Shown here: piece after piece, positions 1 through 9,463 of the stretch | How positions within the stretch are numbered: the first letter of the stretch is position 1 | Layout: each line of letters opens with the position of its first letter | Virus record (IMG/VR): IMGVR_UViG_3300032225_000625 | Span: 1-29,845 of that record | Reading direction: 5' to 3' (one strand) | Source: a virus | Lineage: Duplodnaviria; Caudoviricetes | DNA: 29,845 bases | The notes under the pieces: model-generated | The model's input: the letters and a program-made list of their open reading frames with translations, nothing else | Databases searched by the model: none | Told to the model about the DNA's origin: nothing | Program-made: the position numbers and the translations under genes

Positions 1-987
1 AAGGCTCTGATGGCCCGCAAGGCCGCTATGGGCGCTCCTGCGATGGCCGCCCCAGGTATGCCCGCCATGAAGAAGGGCGGCAAAGCTGATGACAAGGCCC
101 AGGACAAGGCCATGATCATGAAGGCCTTTAAAGAGCACGACGCGCAGGAGCACAAGGGCGGCAAGGGCACCAAGCTCAAGCTGGCCACGGGCGGCGTTGC
201 CAACGGCATGAAGACCGGCGGCAAAGTGCATAAGGTATCTGGACATCCAGAAGGCTCTCATGAGCACCACAAGCATATGGCGAAGCACTATGCCAAGATG
301 CATAAAGAAGGCGGTTCTGCCCATCACCACAAAATGCATGAGCACCACAAAGCTATGTGCAGTGGCGGAATTATGCACAAGGCTGCTGGCGGTTCGGCCC
401 TTGATAAAGACGAAACCAAGACGACCATCGAGGGTAACGCGAATAAATTCGTTAAGACCAAAATGATGAGTGGCAAAGCTGACCCAGGCTACGAAAAGTA
501 TGCCGCTGGCGGCACCGTGGAAGGCAATGAAGGCGCGTTTGAGAAGACCAAGATGGAGCGCAAGAAAACCAATCCTGGGTACGAGCGCTACGCGACTGGC
601 GGTGTCGTGAACGGCATGGCTACTGGCGGCTTGACCAACCCGATGAAAAAAGGCGGTGCCGCAAAAAAGCACTACGCCACGGGGGGCAGTGTTAGTACTG
701 GCCGCGCCGTGGCAATGCCAAAGCATTTTGTCTCGCAGCCCATAAGCAACAGCCGTCAGTCTGGCACCTTTAAGAAGGGCGGCTCAGTTGATTCCGATTT
801 GGTCGACGCTTCTAAAGGCGCCTACGACCGGTCTATCGGGCCGGGAGCCGACGAAATAGAGATGGCAAGAGCTTTCCGAGATCCAATTGGTAGCATGAAA
901 AAGTTGCTGGGGGTAAGCCCCGCGCCAACGGAAAAGCAGGTCGTCCACACCGGTGGGTACAAAAAAGGCGGCAACGCCAAGTGCTGA
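1..987 (+). CDS. Basic Lys/Gly/His-rich phage protein with repeated (M/Y/F/L)-(K/A)-x-G-G motifs; possibly 5'-partial
   Basis: The frame is open from base 1 (K-A-L-M...), with the first ATG at 10. It has about 15 GG-ending motifs (MKKGG, YATGG, FKKGG...), a His-rich tract and an internal duplication (TIEGN..KTKM..PGYE.YA.GG x2). A terminator follows. Confidence 0.8.
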   Translation, partial: KALMARKAAMGAPAMAAPGMPAMKKGGKADDKAQDKAMIMKAFKEHDAQEHKGGKGTKLKLATGGVANGMKTGGKVHKVSGHPEGSHEHHKHMAKHYAKMHKEGGSAHHHKMHEHHKAMCSGGIMHKAAGGSALDKDETKTTIEGNANKFVKTKMMSGKADPGYEKYAAGGTVEGNEGAFEKTKMERKKTNPGYERYATGGVVNGMATGGLTNPMKKGGAAKKHYATGGSVSTGRAVAMPKHFVSQPISNSRQSGTFKKGGSVDSDLVDASKGAYDRSIGPGADEIEMARAFRDPIGSMKKLLGVSPAPTEKQVVHTGGYKKGGNAKC

Positions 988-990
988 TAG

Positions 991-1020
991 GTAGGGGGCT
1001 TAAAATGCCCCTTACTTTTT
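991..1020 (+). terminator. Rho-independent terminator
   Basis: Stem GTAGGGGGC / GCCCCTTAC (one G-T pair), 7-nt loop, then TTTTT, directly after the stop at 987. Confidence 0.75.
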
Positions 1021-1037
1021 AATTATTAGGTGAAAGC

Positions 1038-1352
1038 ATGAAACCAGTAAATCTATCGGTAACGGGTGTCGGCAACTCGGCTGTATTTGCGGTCGATAAT
1101 TACGTCGCACCGGCCAATATGGGCATGGCTGTCGTCGTAACCGGCACAATCACCTACAAGGTCCAGTACACCTTCGACAACATATTTGCTACAGGGTACG
1201 ACCCGACTGCGGGTAACTGGTTCGACCACCCAACGCTGGTGGGTACCACGTCCTCAAATTCCAACATTGCGTATCCGGTAACCGGCATCCGGTTGACTAC
1301 GACTGCGGGAACCGGTACCGCCACCTTGACAATCATCCAAGCGGGGAACTAA
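1038..1352 (+). CDS. Hypothetical beta-rich virion-associated protein (104 aa)
   Basis: SD-like AGGTG upstream of the ATG; Thr/Val/Gly-rich beta-strand pattern; tightly packed in the operon. Confidence 0.75.
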   Translation: MKPVNLSVTGVGNSAVFAVDNYVAPANMGMAVVVTGTITYKVQYTFDNIFATGYDPTAGNWFDHPTLVGTTSSNSNIAYPVTGIRLTTTAGTGTATLTIIQAGN

Positions 1353-1354
1353 CC

Positions 1355-1909
1355 ATGAGCATTGCCACAAGCATCACCGGTGGAAGCGCTTCAAGCCAGC
1401 TCATGGACTTGCTGACCGTCATGGCCGATCCAAATGCGTACAAGGCCAAACTTGACGCGCTGGAAGCAGCCACTGCCGAAAACAAAAAGTACGTAGAGGC
1501 CCTTGGTCCGGCCAGCGAGATCGTAGATCTGCGCGACAAGGCCAAGGCTTCACGTGAAGAAGCGGATGCCTATAAAACAACCACAACAGCAGAAGCCGAC
1601 GCTGTTTTGGCAGCCGCAAAAGACCAAGCAGCCACGATAGTCGCCGACGCCAAAGACCAAGCCAAAAAGTTGGTCGAGGCAGCCAAAGTAAAAACCGATG
1701 CCGCAAATGCGCTGATGGACAAGGCTTCCGGTGCCCAAGCGCAGGTTGACGCGGCAGTTGCAGCAGCTACCGCTGCCCAAGCCGACTACGAAACCAAAGC
1801 CGCTGATTTGGAGGCCCGCATGACCGCAGCCGCCATAGCCCAAGCAGAAGCGGAAGCCTACCGGGACAGCTTGGCGGCTAAAGCGCAGGCGTTTGCCAAG
1901 GGGCTGTAG
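1355..1909 (+). CDS. Ala-rich coiled-coil hypothetical protein (184 aa)
   Basis: Heptad-like Ala/Lys/Glu/Asp composition with AKDQA x2; 2-nt gaps to both neighbours. Confidence 0.75.
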   Translation: MSIATSITGGSASSQLMDLLTVMADPNAYKAKLDALEAATAENKKYVEALGPASEIVDLRDKAKASREEADAYKTTTTAEADAVLAAAKDQAATIVADAKDQAKKLVEAAKVKTDAANALMDKASGAQAQVDAAVAAATAAQADYETKAADLEARMTAAAIAQAEAEAYRDSLAAKAQAFAKGL

Positions 1910-1911
1910 CG

Positions 1912-4278
1912 GTGTCCGTCGCCCCATATGCGGGCGTAGTAGCGCTCGATAACTTCAAGTCGCCCACGGCAAGTGAGGACGGACTCCAGGGGCAGGTACC
2001 TAAACCCCTTGCTGGGCAGCAGACCTACATCCTTTCCGCGTCTGGGTGGGTTGCAACGGGTAGCGGCGGTATTGGCACGGTCACTTCTGTGGATGCCACC
2101 GTACCGGCATTCTTGTCTGTCTCTGGGGTTCCCATAACCACAAGCGGGACTATCGCAATCACGTACTCGGGTACCGCTTTGCCCGTGGCAAACGGCGGTA
2201 CGGGCGTCACCGCATCAACAGGCGCAAACAGCGTAGTTTTGCGGGATGCAGACCAAAATATTACCGTAAATTCAATTTCTGAGGGGTACTCAAACGTAGC
2301 GGCAGCCGGTACTACAACGGTTCTTACGGCGGCATCTGTACCAAATTATGTGGTTACCGGATCTGGGGGCCAAACTTATCAGCTACCCAATGCCACAACA
2401 TTACCGAATGGCGTTAATTTTACTTTTAACAATAACCAAACCAGTGGCGCAATTACCGTAAACAATAATTCAGGGACACTTATTGTTTCTGTACCATCTG
2501 GCGCGTTTGTTGATGTAAGTTTATTGTCTAATGCTATTGCTGCGGGTTCATGGGATATACATTTTCAATCGCCATCGAACGTATCGTGGTCAACAAATAC
2601 ATTTAGTTACGCGGGTTCAATTACAAACGCAACATGGAACGGAAACGTAATAGCCTATAACCGTGGCGGTACAGGCCAATCATCTGTGTTTGTTGCTGGC
2701 GGGGTTGTTTATGGCTCTACAACAACTGCGATGGCGGTTACCGCTGCGGGAACTTCAGGACAGGTTTTAACGTCCGCAGGTGCAAGTGCACCTACATTTT
2801 CCTCAAGCATTGATGGCGTTACTATCGGCGGCACAACACCCGCAGCAGGATCGTTCACTACGCTTATCGGTGGCGCGGGCTCGGCCAACTACGAACAGAT
2901 CACGGGCGGGGCAACGACCAAGGCTGTACAGTTCCAAACGCTTGGTACAGATGCCAACATCTCAATGGCGCTCCAGCCAAAAGGCACAGGAGCCATTGAC
3001 CTTGCTGCTGGTTCTAGCGGTGTGAATATCTCAAACGGTGGTACTGTTACCGCTGTTACTATAACTGCTGGCGGTGCATCATACACAGCTATTCCAACAG
3101 TTGTAATACCCGCGCCAACAACAGCAGGTGGTGTACAAGCTGCTGCAACTGTTGCTATGTCGCACTTAAGTAGCTCTACTATTTCTAGTGGGGGTACTGG
3201 GTACTCGGTAAGCGATACACTAACTATTGTGGGTGGAACAACGGGGACCGCGGCGACATTTACTGTTACTAGCGTATCCAGTGGCGTTGTGACTGGTATT
3301 ACAAGACTAAACACATCTACGTACACTGTACTACCTTCAAGTCCTTCAGCAACAACTGTTAGCCCTGCTGGTGGAACTGGCTGTACGATTGCTGTTAGTT
3401 GGGCTATTAACAGTGCTGCTGTTACTATTACCACAGCAGGTAGTGGTTACGTTGAACAACCTACCATAACCTTTTCAGGCGGTGGTAGTGGTAGTGGTGC
3501 TACAGCATATGCTGTAGTTGGGGCAGGTTCAGTTATTCGTGCACTAGGAGCAACTGGAACACAATCGCTAGACGTTTATACACCATCAAGCATTACTTCT
3601 TCTATTCCGGCATTTCGTTTTAGAGATAGTAGTAATGCCGATAGCTATCCAATGGTTTGGAGTTATGCTGGTTCAGCAAACATTATTGGTCAAGGCAATT
3701 CAACTGGTACAATGCGTATCGGGGCAAATGGAACTGGGTCAGTAGCATTTAGCACAAGCGGAACTACTACTATTGACCAAATGCGTGTTTCCCATACAGC
3801 TTCCGCTGTTAACTATGTACAGATAACCGGGGGAACGGCAGGAAATCCTCCTGTTATTTCTGCACAAGGCGCAACAACACCTGACCTTGACTTAACCTTA
3901 ACACCAAAGGGCGCGGGTCGTATAAACATTACGACCAGCATTAAGCCCAAGGTAAGTAGCGCAACCAACGTCACCTCACCCCTGGCTTGGAATAGCACTT
4001 CTTTTGACGAATACGCGATCACTGCCTTGGCTAATGCCCTGACGATCAATGCCGATGCAAACACCTCCCCCGCTGACGGCCAACGGATGATGTTCAGGTT
4101 CAAGGACAACGGCACTGCACAGACATTAACTTGGACAACTGGCTCAGCAAGGGCGTTTCGTGTCGTTGGCGTTACCCTGCCTACGACCACCGTGGCCTCG
4201 AAGTTGGTGTATATCGGCTGCATATACAACGCCGCTGATTCCCGTTGGGATGCGGTAGCCGTGTCGCAGGAAGCGTAA
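1912..4278 (+). CDS. Tail fibre/spike-like protein (788 aa)
   Basis: GTG start; Thr/Gly/Ser-rich; phage fibre-type motifs (GTVTSV, LPVANGGTG, GTSGQVLTS, IGGTTPAAGSFTTL) and GSGY-type modules. Confidence 0.75.
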   Translation: MSVAPYAGVVALDNFKSPTASEDGLQGQVPKPLAGQQTYILSASGWVATGSGGIGTVTSVDATVPAFLSVSGVPITTSGTIAITYSGTALPVANGGTGVTASTGANSVVLRDADQNITVNSISEGYSNVAAAGTTTVLTAASVPNYVVTGSGGQTYQLPNATTLPNGVNFTFNNNQTSGAITVNNNSGTLIVSVPSGAFVDVSLLSNAIAAGSWDIHFQSPSNVSWSTNTFSYAGSITNATWNGNVIAYNRGGTGQSSVFVAGGVVYGSTTTAMAVTAAGTSGQVLTSAGASAPTFSSSIDGVTIGGTTPAAGSFTTLIGGAGSANYEQITGGATTKAVQFQTLGTDANISMALQPKGTGAIDLAAGSSGVNISNGGTVTAVTITAGGASYTAIPTVVIPAPTTAGGVQAAATVAMSHLSSSTISSGGTGYSVSDTLTIVGGTTGTAATFTVTSVSSGVVTGITRLNTSTYTVLPSSPSATTVSPAGGTGCTIAVSWAINSAAVTITTAGSGYVEQPTITFSGGGSGSGATAYAVVGAGSVIRALGATGTQSLDVYTPSSITSSIPAFRFRDSSNADSYPMVWSYAGSANIIGQGNSTGTMRIGANGTGSVAFSTSGTTTIDQMRVSHTASAVNYVQITGGTAGNPPVISAQGATTPDLDLTLTPKGAGRINITTSIKPKVSSATNVTSPLAWNSTSFDEYAITALANALTINADANTSPADGQRMMFRFKDNGTAQTLTWTTGSARAFRVVGVTLPTTTVASKLVYIGCIYNAADSRWDAVAVSQEA

Positions 4279-4280
4279 TA

Positions 4281-5153
4281 ATGGCTCAAGTAATACTTAC
4301 CGGCTCAGGCACATGGACGCTTCCAGCGAATTGGAATGATAATGTCAATACCATTGAAATATATGGCGCAGGAGGCGATGGTGCGGCAGGAACGGCTACT
4401 GCATCTGGGGGTGGCGGCGCGGGTGGGCCTTACTATGTATTCTCCAACGTACCTTTTGCCACCCTTATTTCTCAAGGCTATGTTACAAATTTAAATTACA
4501 ACACTAAATTTCTTGTTGTTAATAGTAATGTTGCGTACTTAGGTATTGGTACTCCTGATGGTGTAGCTTATGGCAGTATACTTTTAAGTACAGGAGGAGA
4601 TAATGCTAGTGGAATTACGGGAGGTGCTTTTGGTACTGCTACTACAACCATAAATAATGTAGATTATTTAACAAGTTCTACTGCCCGTGGTGCAGGGGGT
4701 AACGGAAGAACAAACTCAACAGCCGCAGGCGGCGGTGGCGGTGGTGCAGGTGGCCCCAACGGAAATGGTGGCGCAGGCGGAGCAAATAGCACAACCAATC
4801 CAACAATAGGCCGAGGCGGGGGTGGCGGTAATGGTGGCACGGCTGGCTCTGGTACATCTGCAACGGCTGGTACTGCAGGTACAGGCGCCGGTGCTGGAGG
4901 CGCAGGCGGTGCAGCATCTACATCAGGTAGCGCAGGTAACGCAGGTACATCGGTTTACTCAGGCGGTGGCGGCGGCGGTGCTGGTGACGGCTTAACGGCT
5001 ACATCCGGTGGTGCTGGTGGCCTTTACGGCGGTGGCGGCGGCGGTGGCGCATCTTCTTTAATTTCAACTGGCGGTTTAGGTGCTGCCGGTATCATTATCA
5101 TCACCTACACTCCCATTGCAACAGCCGCTGGCAATATGTTTTTAATGTTTTAG
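4281..5153 (+). CDS. Glycine-rich tail-associated protein (290 aa)
   Basis: ATG at 4281, 2 nt after the upstream stop, preferred over the 4245 start. N-terminal GSGTWTLP..IEIYGAGG, poly-Gly tracts and C-terminal GAAGIIIITY are typical of phage glycine-rich domains. Confidence 0.75.
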   Translation: MAQVILTGSGTWTLPANWNDNVNTIEIYGAGGDGAAGTATASGGGGAGGPYYVFSNVPFATLISQGYVTNLNYNTKFLVVNSNVAYLGIGTPDGVAYGSILLSTGGDNASGITGGAFGTATTTINNVDYLTSSTARGAGGNGRTNSTAAGGGGGGAGGPNGNGGAGGANSTTNPTIGRGGGGGNGGTAGSGTSATAGTAGTGAGAGGAGGAASTSGSAGNAGTSVYSGGGGGGAGDGLTATSGGAGGLYGGGGGGGASSLISTGGLGAAGIIIITYTPIATAAGNMFLMF

Positions 5154-5160
5154 GAAAATC

Positions 5161-5430
5161 ATGGCACTCATTAAATCAATCGACACAGACTACGGCATTC
5201 CAGCTTCGTACTGGAACATTGGCGCAGTCCAAGAAGATTTCAAAGGCCAAGGTACTGAAGTCACTTTCTACGGCTACGCATCCAAAGAGGCCCGTGAGGC
5301 TGGCAAGCAGCCCCTGTCCGCAGGCAAAGTAGCCATCTCGGGCGCTGAATACGTGGCAGGCGCAGACCGTGCTGCCTTATACTCCATCATCAAGCAGAAG
5401 CCTGAATTCGACGGCGCTGCAGACGCATAA
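5161..5430 (+). CDS. Hypothetical protein, possible tail fibre accessory (89 aa)
   Basis: AGGA SD upstream; small ORF following fibre genes. Confidence 0.7.
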   Translation: MALIKSIDTDYGIPASYWNIGAVQEDFKGQGTEVTFYGYASKEAREAGKQPLSAGKVAISGAEYVAGADRAALYSIIKQKPEFDGAADA

Positions 5431-5438
5431 GGAACGAT

Positions 5439-5945
5439 ATGCCCACCAAGTCACCCGCCCAACACCGTCTGATGGAAGCTGCTGCCCATACCAAGGGCGG
5501 CTTTGGGGGCGTGCCCCAAAAGGTCGGCAAAGAGTTCGTCAAGGCCGACAAGATGAAAGAAGGCGGCTTGTACGCCAACATCCACGCCAAGCAGGAGCGG
5601 ATTGCCAATGGATCAAAGGAGCGCATGCGCAAGCCTGGCTCCAAGGGCGCGCCGACCGCTGAAGCCTTCCGCGAGTCCGCCAAAACCAAGAAGATGGCCG
5701 ATGGCGGTGTCGCAAGCCTTGGGGGCATGGTCTCCAGCACACCCAACGTCCCCACGGTGGCTTCCCGCGACAACAGCCGGGACTTGCAGACGCTCCAGAA
5801 ACCAATGAACAATCCCCAGCAGATGGCGAATGGGAGCATCCAAGGTGGCGACGGCGAAGGACCCTACGGCTACAAAAAGGGCGGCCACATCACCACCCGG
5901 CGCGTGTCTACTGGCAGCGCATCAAAAAAATCTTCCAATTGGTAA
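5439..5945 (+). CDS. Small basic protein with xxxGG motifs (168 aa)
   Basis: AAGGA SD; contains MKEGG, MADGG and YKKGG, the same motif as the ORF at 1-987; Lys/Arg-rich. Confidence 0.75.
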   Translation: MPTKSPAQHRLMEAAAHTKGGFGGVPQKVGKEFVKADKMKEGGLYANIHAKQERIANGSKERMRKPGSKGAPTAEAFRESAKTKKMADGGVASLGGMVSSTPNVPTVASRDNSRDLQTLQKPMNNPQQMANGSIQGGDGEGPYGYKKGGHITTRRVSTGSASKKSSNW

Positions 5946-5950
5946 ACGCC

Positions 5951-6211
5951 ATGGCCAAGAAAGACAAAACCCCCTCGTTGGCCGTAGGCCGGGGCGAGAA
6001 GCTGTCTGTTGCCAAGGGCGCCGGACTGACCGCCAAAGGCCGCGAGAAGTACAATCGCGAGACAGGATCGCACCTCAAGGCCCCACAGCCCAAGGGCGGC
6101 GCGCGCAAGGACTCGTTCTGCGCCCGCATGAGCGGGGTAGTGGAACACTCAAAGGGTGACGCGCCTCGGGCCAAGGCCTCATTAAAACGCTGGGACTGCC
6201 CCGGCTGGTAA
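5951..6211 (+). CDS. Small basic phage protein, DUF6321-like (86 aa)
   Basis: GLTAKGR..YN...RKDSFCARM...SLKRWDC signature, recalled from memory as DUF6321-type; ATG at 5951. Confidence 0.65.
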   Translation: MAKKDKTPSLAVGRGEKLSVAKGAGLTAKGREKYNRETGSHLKAPQPKGGARKDSFCARMSGVVEHSKGDAPRAKASLKRWDCPGW

Positions 6212-6220
6212 GGAAACAAC

Positions 6221-7294
6221 ATGGCCTACTCCGGCACCATTGGTCAGACCGTAATCTCAGTACAGACGCTCATCGACCACGGTGCCCGGCGCTGTGGAAA
6301 GCTGGCCGAGGAGTTGACGGTGGAGCAGGTGCAGTCGGCCAAGGAGTCGTTGTTTTTCTTCCTGTCCAACTTGGCCAACCTTGGCATCAACTACTGGGCC
6401 ATCAACAAGACCGTTATTGGCCTCAATGCCAATCAGTACATTTACAGCCTGCCGGTGGGCGCCGTGGACGCGCAGAACGTGCTCTACAGGCGAATGAACA
6501 GGCCGGTGGGTAGTTACACATCATCCGCAGGCGGAACGGCCCAGAACGCCGCTGACAGCGACTTGGCGACATACTGCCAGCAGACGTCCCCCAACGGCAA
6601 CATCGCCGTGGTGTACGGCACCAACAACCCTCAGTACATCGGCTCGGTGGGCTTCATGCCCTACATCGCCGGTGGCGGCAGTGGGACATGGAGCTACGTG
6701 CTGGAATACTCTACCGACGGATCCACTTGGAACAACCTGGCTACCGGCACCAGCGTCGCCGTGGCGGATATGCAGTGGGTATGGACGGACATTGACCCTG
6801 GCCAGAACGTCCAGTACTACCGAATGCGCGCCACCGGCGGCACCACGCTGGCCCTGCGCGAGCTGTACTTTGGCAACAACAGCACCGAGATCACGATGGC
6901 GCGGCTGAACCGCGACGACTACACCAACCTGCCCAACAAGAACTTTACGGCCAACCAGCCCTTCCAGTTCTGGTTTAACCGCACGATCCCGCAGCCCACG
7001 ATGCAATTGTGGCCAGTGCCATCAGATCCGTTCGTCCAGATGACGGTGTGGTACTCCCGCCAGATCATGGACGTGGGCGCGTTGAACGGCCAACTGGAGA
7101 TACCCCAGCGCTGGTACGAGGCCGTGCTGATGAATTTGTCGCACCGAATGAGCCTTGAGCTGCCTGGTGTGCAGATGGACCGCATCGGTTACCTCGAGAA
7201 AATGGCCGCGCAGTACCTGAATGACGCCGAGAGTGAAGAGCGAGACAAATCGCCGATTTACCTCGCCCCTAACATTTCAATTTACACCCGGTAA
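6221..7294 (+). CDS. Putative head-tail adaptor/tail tubular-like protein with an inserted discoidin (F5/8 type C)-like domain
   Basis: AAGGA SD; helical N- and C-terminal regions (LANLGINYW; LWPVP; IPQRWYEA) flank a beta-sandwich segment with NAAD..LATY, LEYSTDGSTW, QYYRMR and LRELYF. Confidence 0.6.
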   Translation: MAYSGTIGQTVISVQTLIDHGARRCGKLAEELTVEQVQSAKESLFFFLSNLANLGINYWAINKTVIGLNANQYIYSLPVGAVDAQNVLYRRMNRPVGSYTSSAGGTAQNAADSDLATYCQQTSPNGNIAVVYGTNNPQYIGSVGFMPYIAGGGSGTWSYVLEYSTDGSTWNNLATGTSVAVADMQWVWTDIDPGQNVQYYRMRATGGTTLALRELYFGNNSTEITMARLNRDDYTNLPNKNFTANQPFQFWFNRTIPQPTMQLWPVPSDPFVQMTVWYSRQIMDVGALNGQLEIPQRWYEAVLMNLSHRMSLELPGVQMDRIGYLEKMAAQYLNDAESEERDKSPIYLAPNISIYTR

Positions 7295-7641
7295 TGCCTA
7301 AATTCCTTGACACCCTTGGCGGTTCCGACATCGCCATATTCGTGTGCGATAGGTGCAAGATGAAGCGCGCCCATGCGGAAGCGCGCAACGACCCCAACTT
7401 CCCAGGCCTGTTGGTGTGCGCGCAAGGGTGCGCGGACGAGAAGGACCCATACCGTCTTGCTCCCCGGCCCACGGAGAAGATCACCATCCGTTTTCCACGT
7501 CCCGATGTTAATATTGACGTGGTACCGGATGGCATCACGACAGGCGGTCCCAACAACTGGGTGCTGTCGCCTGAACAGAACACGCAGGTACCTACAAACA
7601 ACGGCAACCTCGACACTCTCAGTCTATCACCGGGGCAATAA
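7294..7641 (+). CDS. Hypothetical Zn-binding protein (115 aa)
   Basis: CDRC and CAQGC cysteine pairs; TAATG stop/start overlaps at both ends. Confidence 0.7.
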   Translation: MPKFLDTLGGSDIAIFVCDRCKMKRAHAEARNDPNFPGLLVCAQGCADEKDPYRLAPRPTEKITIRFPRPDVNIDVVPDGITTGGPNNWVLSPEQNTQVPTNNGNLDTLSLSPGQ

Positions 7642-9071
7642 TGGCAAACGTAACTATCACCCAACTGCCCACAGCGGGCACCCTTGCGGGAACAGAGTCG
7701 GTCCCGATCGTCCAAAACGGCGTCACGGTGCAGACCACTACGGGCGCAATTGCTGGTACCGCAGTCCAAAACCAGACGTTCATCACGGTGAACCAAGAGG
7801 CGTCACTGCCCAACAGTCAGGCTTTAGCACAAGGAAACGGTATCCAAGTTACGCCAGGAGCACCCCAAGGCAACATCACCGTGGCATTGGCAAATAGCTT
7901 TGCGGTATCGGGCAGCATCACCGCAAGCAACATCAACGGCATCATAGGCGCCACAACCCCAGCAGCGGGCTATTTCACCAACATCACGGGCTCTGCTAAC
8001 GCCGTCATCAGCGTTACCGACAACACCAACGCTGCTCTACGCATCACGCAGCTTGGTACAGGCAATGCTTTGTTGGTTGAGGATGAAGCAAACCCAGACA
8101 GTTCGCCGTTTGTGATTGACGCACTGGGTAATGTTGGGATTGGTGGACTTCCAAATACTGCTACTACATCTCTAACCGCATGGACTGATACTAGTGTTTG
8201 GACAAACCTTACTATTGGAAAATCAAATAATGGAGATAATTCTCCAAATTTTAGTTTAAATAAATCACGCGGAACCAGAAACGCTCCTGTAATAGTAAAC
8301 AGCAATGACAATTCAGGCTCAATACTTTTTACTGGTTATGATGGAAGCACTTATGTAGCCATGGCAACCATTAGAGGTTATGTAGACGGCACACCCGGCA
8401 CCAACGACATGCCGGGGCGCTTGGTATTCAGCACCACTGCCGCCGGTGCAAGTTCACCGACTGAAAGAGTCAGGATTACCTCCGCAGGCAACGTAGGAAT
8501 CGGCCCCGGCGTAGCACTTGCAAATTCTATTCTTACACTTCAAAAAAGTATTACGGGTAGCTCAACCTCCGCAGGAATTTATAACCCCTCTACAATTCAA
8601 TCTGATGTTACAGGCGCGGCAAACATAAATTGGACTAATGCCTCTACGGCGGCAAGTGCTTTCACGCTAGTCACCTTGCGCCATTATATTGCTGCACAAA
8701 ATACTATCGGAGCGGGATCGACTGTTACAAATCAATACGGTTTTGTTGCCGATGCATCACTCACAGGAGCCACCAATAATTATGGTTTTGTTAGCAGCAT
8801 ACCTGCGGCAGCAAATCGATACAATATTTACTCATCTGGTACTGCGGATAACTACTTTGCTGGAAGCGTAGGGGTTGGAACTACTGCGCCAAATGCGTCA
8901 GCGCTCCTAGACGTACAGAGCACCACCAAAGGGGTGCGCATGCCCAACATGACTACGGCGCAAAAGAATGCGATTGCTAGTCCTGCAGCAGGTCTGATGG
9001 TGTTTGATACCACGCTTGCAAAACTTTGTGTTTATACCGGCGCTGCTTGGCAGACCATTACCTCTGTTTAA
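7641..9071 (+). CDS. Tail fibre-like protein (476 aa)
   Basis: N-terminal MANVTITQLPTA..ESVPIVQNGVT; repeated GNVGIG and ERVRI; KSRGT..DMPGRLVFST module; C-terminal SALLDVQSTTKG..P.MTT..PAAGLMVFDT. Confidence 0.75.
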   Translation: MANVTITQLPTAGTLAGTESVPIVQNGVTVQTTTGAIAGTAVQNQTFITVNQEASLPNSQALAQGNGIQVTPGAPQGNITVALANSFAVSGSITASNINGIIGATTPAAGYFTNITGSANAVISVTDNTNAALRITQLGTGNALLVEDEANPDSSPFVIDALGNVGIGGLPNTATTSLTAWTDTSVWTNLTIGKSNNGDNSPNFSLNKSRGTRNAPVIVNSNDNSGSILFTGYDGSTYVAMATIRGYVDGTPGTNDMPGRLVFSTTAAGASSPTERVRITSAGNVGIGPGVALANSILTLQKSITGSSTSAGIYNPSTIQSDVTGAANINWTNASTAASAFTLVTLRHYIAAQNTIGAGSTVTNQYGFVADASLTGATNNYGFVSSIPAAANRYNIYSSGTADNYFAGSVGVGTTAPNASALLDVQSTTKGVRMPNMTTAQKNAIASPAAGLMVFDTTLAKLCVYTGAAWQTITSV

Positions 9072-9081
9072 GAAAATCACC

Positions 9082-9399
9082 ATGGCCAATACCTACACCT
9101 ACAAAATCAACAACCTGATCCGCGACCCAAATGGCATCGTGGTTACCGCGCACTTCAGTATTACTGCGTCGGACGGTGTTGATAGCTTCACGCACAACTA
9201 CAGCTTCGGGTTTGCCAACAAGCCGCTCACCCCCACATTCTTTGCAGACCTCACCGAGGCCAAGGTAATTGGATGGATTAAGCGCGACGCTGGTGCTGAG
9301 AATCAGTACGAGGCCAGTGCGGATGCCGAGCTTGCGGCCTACAAACTCCGCAAAGCGGCACCCGCGGTTACGGCTGGCGTGCCTTGGGCTACCGCGTAG
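9082..9399 (+). CDS. Small tail fibre-associated protein (105 aa)
   Basis: ATG at 9082, 10 nt after the fibre stop; FADLTEAKVIGWIK and terminal GVPW resemble small proteins that follow phage fibre genes. Confidence 0.65.
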   Translation: MANTYTYKINNLIRDPNGIVVTAHFSITASDGVDSFTHNYSFGFANKPLTPTFFADLTEAKVIGWIKRDAGAENQYEASADAELAAYKLRKAAPAVTAGVPWATA

Positions 9400-9463
9400 G
9401 TAGCCCACCGCACCCGTTGCAGTACCGATCAACGGCTTCTTCGCATTCTTCTAAGGACAGACC

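Noticed and set aside
9400-9463. Intergenic hairpin CCGTTG...CAACGG as a terminator or ncRNA
   Set aside because: The stem is only 6 bp with a long loop and a weak U-tract, which is not enough support.
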